The notes under the pieces were generated by a model. It did no database searches. It had not been told where the DNA came from and saw nothing but the letters and a program-made list of their open reading frames with translations. A program made the translations under genes and the position numbers. DNA of 64,000 bases from Alphaproteobacteria bacterium (GTDB lineage: Bacteria > Pseudomonadota > Alphaproteobacteria > RF32 > CAG-239), in NCBI GenBank assembly GCA_017464685.1, contig JAFTYO010000052.1:1251-65250 (forward strand). Direction: 5' to 3'. The stretch's first letter is position 1. Each line of letters starts with the position of its first letter. Below are positions 59,720-64,000 of this stretch, piece by piece.

Positions 59720-61011
59720 TGTAATTCCCCTTCTAAATAGTCTAAAATATTTTGAGCAGCACTTTTATCAGATTTTCCAATTAAAGATTTTAAATCTTCG
59801 AGACGAGCTGATTTTAAATAGTCGTCATTGTTTTTTACAACTCTTTCAAATGTTTGTTCAAAGATTTTCCAGTCAGTAATTTGATAATAATGAGAAGTAA
59901 TTTTTTCGCCAAGTTCGGTAAAAGGTGCAATCCGATTGTCTGACTTTAAGAAAAAAACAGGATTTTCAGTCGGCATATATTCTGCCAGAAACGAAATACA
60001 ATCGGTAATTAAAAGTGATGATTGTTTGAATAAAGGATAATAATCGCCTTTGGTATAGACGGTTCCAATTTTTTCCCATTTATTAAAATATTGTACAGCC
60101 TTTTCTTCGGTCAAAAGCCCTTGTCTAATAACAGAATCCTTAAAATGTGGGTGAGGCTTAAAAAACCATTCAAACTCTTGATGTTCTTGTGCAAATTCCA
60201 ACAGTTGTTTTCCGTTATGATGCCAAGTGGCAAATTTATGATGATCACAATTGTAATGATGTGGTGCATAAATAATTATTTGTTTTTCAGGTCGTTCGAT
60301 TTTTTTACTTAAATAATTATCTAATTTAGTATGCCCACTGAAAAATACATTTTTTGCATTAAACTCGTCTTTATACTTTTTTTCATAGATTTTAGATTCA
60401 ACAAAATAGCACCATAAAAGTTTATGAAAATGTGCAAAATAATTGTTTTCTTCTTCTAACATATGAAAACAATAGGGCACATAAGCTGTAAGAGCAAACT
60501 TTGCCACTGAATAAACTTCTTGCGTATAATGTAAAAACCATGGTTGTTGATAAAAAATTATATCACAATTAAAATTTTTAAGGGAAATATACTTCTTTTT
60601 TTTGATATCATACGCAATTTCAACCTTAATGCCTTTTTTTTCAAAAAAATCAATATTTTCTTGTATCCCGCTATAATGAGTAGATGCTTTATAATGAAGC
60701 GTACTCATTAAAGTTAAAATAATTACAGGTTCAAATTTATTATTCTTTGAGAGCTCATCATACAATGATTGACAATTCCATTTTTGATTCTCACTTACCA
60801 AAAAACCTATCCTTATTTTGCCTTTTTTGTTTTTTAATCTCTCAATATGTCTCTTATAATATTTACAAACTAATTTATGTCTAATATTTATCCTTATGGA
60901 AGTAGTATAAGCAAAAAGTTTTTTACGTATGTTTTTTCTCAGCTGATTATTCCAAAAAAATAATCCTGAAAATATTCGGCAAAAAAACCTAATAATCTTT
61001 TCTTCTAACAT
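59716..61011 (-). CDS. CDP-glycerol/CDP-ribitol glycerophosphotransferase family protein (TagB/TagF-like)
   Basis: 431 aa. YAPHHY...KPHPHF...LLITDCISFLAEY resembles the TagF catalytic domain. It overlaps the downstream gene's start by 4 nt. Confidence 0.65.
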   Translation of the reverse strand: MLEEKIIRFFCRIFSGLFFWNNQLRKNIRKKLFAYTTSIRINIRHKLVCKYYKRHIERLKNKKGKIRIGFLVSENQKWNCQSLYDELSKNNKFEPVIILTLMSTLHYKASTHYSGIQENIDFFEKKGIKVEIAYDIKKKKYISLKNFNCDIIFYQQPWFLHYTQEVYSVAKFALTAYVPYCFHMLEEENNYFAHFHKLLWCYFVESKIYEKKYKDEFNAKNVFFSGHTKLDNYLSKKIERPEKQIIIYAPHHYNCDHHKFATWHHNGKQLLEFAQEHQEFEWFFKPHPHFKDSVIRQGLLTEEKAVQYFNKWEKIGTVYTKGDYYPLFKQSSLLITDCISFLAEYMPTENPVFFLKSDNRIAPFTELGEKITSHYYQITDWKIFEQTFERVVKNNDDYLKSARLEDLKSLIGKSDKSAAQNILDYLEGELQ

Positions 61012-62338
61012 CGATAACCTGTCCTGTATAGTCTGATAAAAGAGTATTTAAGCAAGCTTCGGCTACTTTTTCAGGTGCAAGCAAGCTGCCATCCGGTTCT
61101 TTACCGAAGCTCTTATAACGCATAGGGGTTGCCGTCCTTTCCGGATTAATTACATTAATCCTTATACCATCATGATACAATTCTTCGGCTAAAGCCTGTG
61201 TCAAGTTTACAATCGCCGCCTTGGTTGAAGAATATGTTGAATATAAAGCTCGGCCTCTGGTGTATGATGATGAAGCAAACAACAAAATACACCCTTTTGT
61301 TTTTAACAAATAAGGAATAGATGCTTTTGCAACATTAATACTACCCATATAATTTACGGCAATTTCTTTTTGAATATGTGCAATATCTCTGTCAAAGAGT
61401 TTTCCTATATTTAAAATTCCGGCAGTATTTATAACATAGTCTATCTTTCCCTCTGTTTGATAAACTTGTTTTAATTTTTCGGACACATTTTCATAGTCAG
61501 ATACATCACAACCATTTTCAAGAGAAAACGCATATGTTTTAGCTTTGTATTCTTTAGCCAAGTTTATAACACATTCACCAATTCCGCTATGTCCGCCAAA
61601 CACAACCACAACTTTATCTTTCATGGCAGAAAAATCATTTACTGTCGGTGCCTTCATACTGTTTATTTGAAAAATTTTATCAGCCATAAAAATATCTTCC
61701 GGCATTGTAACCTTAAGGTTTTTATTTTCACCCTCAACAACATATACAGAAGCCAAATTATGTTTGACAACCAAGCCGCAATCGTCTGTGAAGTTTTCGT
61801 CACCCTGTGACAGTTCGTGAGCTTTTTTAATTAATGACAGTTTAAAGCATTGCGGAGTTTGACCACGACGCATAAACTTTCTTTCCGGAATATTTTTGAT
61901 GATTTTTTCATCATTTACTTCAATTAAGGTATCTGCCGAAGCAATTGCCACATCAACAGCATCGTAAGTTTTTAAGGCCTCAACACAATTTTTTATGACA
62001 TCATCGGATAAAAACGGACGAGCACAATCGTGTATCATAACATAAGCATTTTCTTCATCAATTGAGGATATGGCAATGGAAGAGCTTTCTTTTCTGGTAT
62101 CTCCACCGTTAAGAACTTTATAAATTTTACCATAATGGTTTCTTAACAAAATATCTTCTAAGATATGTCTGTATTGCGGGGTTATTACAATAATTGTTCT
62201 ATCAATATGTTTGTTTCTCTCAAAAACTTCAATTGTATGCTCCAATACGGTTTTTCCGGCGACTTTAGCAAATTGTTTGGGCAAATCATCACTGAAACGA
62301 GTTCCTAATCCTGAAGCTAAAATTATACCATATAACAT
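60989..62338 (-). CDS. Bifunctional IspD/TarI-like cytidylyltransferase plus short-chain dehydrogenase (CDP-ribitol synthase, Bcs1/TarIJ-like)
   Basis: The N-terminus GIILASGLGTRFSDDLPKQFAKVAGKTVLEHT is the cytidylyltransferase. The C-terminus VVVVFGGHSGIGECV...YSSTKAAIVNLTQALAEE has the SDR glycine motif and YxxxK. Confidence 0.75.
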   Translation of the reverse strand: MLYGIILASGLGTRFSDDLPKQFAKVAGKTVLEHTIEVFERNKHIDRTIIVITPQYRHILEDILLRNHYGKIYKVLNGGDTRKESSSIAISSIDEENAYVMIHDCARPFLSDDVIKNCVEALKTYDAVDVAIASADTLIEVNDEKIIKNIPERKFMRRGQTPQCFKLSLIKKAHELSQGDENFTDDCGLVVKHNLASVYVVEGENKNLKVTMPEDIFMADKIFQINSMKAPTVNDFSAMKDKVVVVFGGHSGIGECVINLAKEYKAKTYAFSLENGCDVSDYENVSEKLKQVYQTEGKIDYVINTAGILNIGKLFDRDIAHIQKEIAVNYMGSINVAKASIPYLLKTKGCILLFASSSYTRGRALYSTYSSTKAAIVNLTQALAEELYHDGIRINVINPERTATPMRYKSFGKEPDGSLLAPEKVAEACLNTLLSDYTGQVIDVRRKDY

Positions 62339-62339
62339 A

Positions 62340-63455
62340 TTATATCCTTTCTATATGTTTTTTAATTAAGTTTACACATTGTTTGGCCGCATCACCTTTA
62401 TCGGCACATCCTTTATCTTTAATAAATTTTTTAACCGCATCTTGGTAAGGCTTTTGCTTAAACTCGGCTATATTTTGTACTAATTCTTCATTATTTACGG
62501 CAATCGGAAAAGGCGTTGTTTCTAAAGGATAATAAAAACCCCTGTCTGTATTATATTTTTTAATATCTGTTGCAAAAACAAAAGCCGGTTTGATTGAAAG
62601 CATAAAGTCAAATATACAGCTTGAGTAATCGGTTATCATGGTATCGGCAGAAAATAACAATTCTTGTATGTCCGGATATTTACCGCCATCATAAACACCT
62701 CTGATTTCAGGAATTATATTTTGGAATTTGGAAATATTTGGATGTAACCTTGAGATAATAACCCACCCGCACCCAAACTTGCTCTCCAGAGTTTTAAGCA
62801 ATTCTTCATAATCCAAAGCATAACAGTCTAAATTTTTATCATCTCTAAATGTGGGAGCATAAAGGCAAATTTTAACATCCTTTTTAAGATTAAAATATTT
62901 ATAAACTTTTTCTTTTGTTTTCTGATTGTTACTAAAAAAAATATCATTTCTGGCATTTCCGGTTTCAACAATTTTTCCGTCATAAAAAAAAGAAGAGTTA
63001 AAAGCTGTTGTCAACCATTTGCTGTTTGAAAGTAAACAATCAATATTTTGCGAATCTGCTTTTGCTTGTTTTAGGTACGAAGAAGATAAATTTTCACAAT
63101 CTCCCTCCATTTTTTTAATACCCAATGAACCATGCCAAGTTTGAATATAAAGCTGATTTTTCTTCTTTTTAAAACCTTTTAGAAAATAATTTCCAATACG
63201 AGAATTGGCAACAATCACATTTGCGGTTGAAAGCGCATAATACGTACCGATTTTAGAAGTTACCACCTCGATTTTTTCAGGAAAGCCATTGTTTTTTTTG
63301 GAAACAAAAACCAACTCATAAGGCAGATTTTGTCTTAATATTTCTTCGGCAATATATTTTGGATTGCAACCATATCCTTTGGCAAAATTTTTAAAAACAA
63401 TCTTACCTTTTTTTACAGGTAACAAGTTGAATAGAAATGCTAAAATTTTTATCAT
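62340..63455 (-). CDS. CDP-glycerol glycerophosphotransferase family protein (TagF-like)
   Basis: Motifs WHGSLGIKK and MITDYSSCIFDFML. I prefer ATG 63455 (MIKILAFLFN...), because the track start 63506 would put palindrome copy 3 inside the CDS. Confidence 0.7.
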   Translation of the reverse strand: MIKILAFLFNLLPVKKGKIVFKNFAKGYGCNPKYIAEEILRQNLPYELVFVSKKNNGFPEKIEVVTSKIGTYYALSTANVIVANSRIGNYFLKGFKKKKNQLYIQTWHGSLGIKKMEGDCENLSSSYLKQAKADSQNIDCLLSNSKWLTTAFNSSFFYDGKIVETGNARNDIFFSNNQKTKEKVYKYFNLKKDVKICLYAPTFRDDKNLDCYALDYEELLKTLESKFGCGWVIISRLHPNISKFQNIIPEIRGVYDGGKYPDIQELLFSADTMITDYSSCIFDFMLSIKPAFVFATDIKKYNTDRGFYYPLETTPFPIAVNNEELVQNIAEFKQKPYQDAVKKFIKDKGCADKGDAAKQCVNLIKKHIERI

Positions 63456-63472
63456 ATTGTTATTTTCACACA

Positions 63473-63498
63473 GGACATTAAACGATCGTTTAAAGGCA
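63473..63498. repeat. Palindromic element copy 3 (degenerate; 16-bp perfect core 63478-63493)
   Basis: GGACATTAAACGATCGTTTAAAGGCA matches the 26-nt consensus at 23 of 26 positions. It lies 18 nt upstream of the preferred start (63455) of the TagF-like gene. Confidence 0.8.
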
Positions 63499-63589
63499 AT
63501 ATACATACCATATTATATTCTGTCAATAAGATATTATGTTTTTGTGCATAATCAAACGGTTAAAACTTTAGACGTATTTTTAAGTTTGT

Positions 63590-63617
63590 CGGACTTTAAA
63601 CGATCGTTTAAAGTCCG
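63590..63617. repeat. Palindromic element copy 4 (28-bp perfect palindrome)
   Basis: CGGACTTTAAACGATCGTTTAAAGTCCG lies 13 nt upstream of the GT8 gene ATG (adjacent to its RBS) and 118 bp centre-to-centre from copy 3. Confidence 0.9.
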
Positions 63618-63629
63618 CTTGGAGACAGT

Positions 63630-64000
63630 ATGCTTAAAACTAACATTGTATTTGCCGTAAATGACGGATATGCCGAAAAGCTCGGAGTTACCGTTGTTTC
63701 AATTCTTGAAAATAACAAAAATGACAATTTTTCTTTTTATGTCCTGAGTTCTGATTTTAGCGAAAAATCTAAACAAAAATTATCAGAAATAAAGAAAAAA
63801 TATCAAAATTTTTCGATAGAATATATTGAGCCTGATAAATCTTTATTTGCAGGGTTAAAGCTTAACATTGAATATATCAGTATTGAGACATATTATCGCT
63901 ATATTATAGCAAATATTCTACCCTCAGCCGATAGAGCTTTATACTTAGATGCTGATTTGGTTGTAAATGGTTCGTTATCTGAATTGTACAATACAGATAT
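63630..64000 (+). CDS. Glycosyltransferase family 8 protein, partial (continues beyond the window)
   Basis: Not in the track because it is open-ended. GGAGA RBS, then ATG 63630. Translated by hand as MLKTNIVFAVNDGYAEKLGVTVVSILENN...ETYYRYIIANILP...ALYLDADLVVNGSLSELYNTD. The DxD motif and context are typical of GT8. Confidence 0.75.
   Translation, partial: MLKTNIVFAVNDGYAEKLGVTVVSILENNKNDNFSFYVLSSDFSEKSKQKLSEIKKKYQNFSIEYIEPDKSLFAGLKLNIEYISIETYYRYIIANILPSADRALYLDADLVVNGSLSELYNTD

Noticed and set aside
57348-63617. The idea that the four palindromes are terminal inverted repeats of a 6-kb transposon or invertible segment
   Set aside because: Each copy is itself a perfect palindrome, so it has no orientation. 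The copies occur as close pairs in promoters. No transposase or invertase lies between them, and the interval contains a tRNA and an ordinary biosynthetic operon.

Overview
This is a 64-kb chromosomal window from an AT-rich bacterium, roughly one-third G+C by eye. The housekeeping genes are Proteobacteria-like: ssb, htpG, trxB, dnaN-recF, rplY-pth-ychF, rplQ, gyrB, gpsA, mraZ-rsmH-ftsL-ftsI, rsfS-obg-rpmA-rplU, and three tRNAs. Accessory blocks are interleaved with them.

The main result is a complete diversity-generating retroelement (DGR) on the minus strand at 53.9-57.35 kb. It has a secreted, Cys-rich target protein with a DUF1566/C-type-lectin-like C-terminus, a 113-nt VR/TR pair, a DGR-type reverse transcriptase, and an Avd-like gene placed after the RT. 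All 17 VR/TR differences sit at template adenines.

Other notable items:
- A bacterial homologue of vertebrate serum amyloid A lies in one of two duplicated promoter/operator cassettes, each followed by small membrane proteins (38.2-40.65 kb).
- A 22-34 bp perfect palindrome (core GGACTTTAAACGATCGTTTAAAGTCC) occurs as two pairs. One pair is upstream of the DGR target gene, the other at the head of a ribitol/glycerol-phosphate glycopolymer locus.
- Two pilin/fimbrial-like genes share a promoter module with an A13 or A12 tract in the -35/-10 spacer.
- A G10 tract lies inside a pyruvyl-transferase gene.
- A decayed island next to tRNA-Asp carries a large serine recombinase with three lesions, a truncated UvrD-like helicase and a truncated HsdM.
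- There is a candidate 6S-like sRNA, phased repeats upstream of mraZ, and a BacNav-type channel with an unusual TLDGW filter.

I saw no rRNA, CRISPR array or IS transposase. All calls come from reading the sequence and the ORF track by hand. Family names rest on remembered motifs and need HMM or BLAST confirmation.
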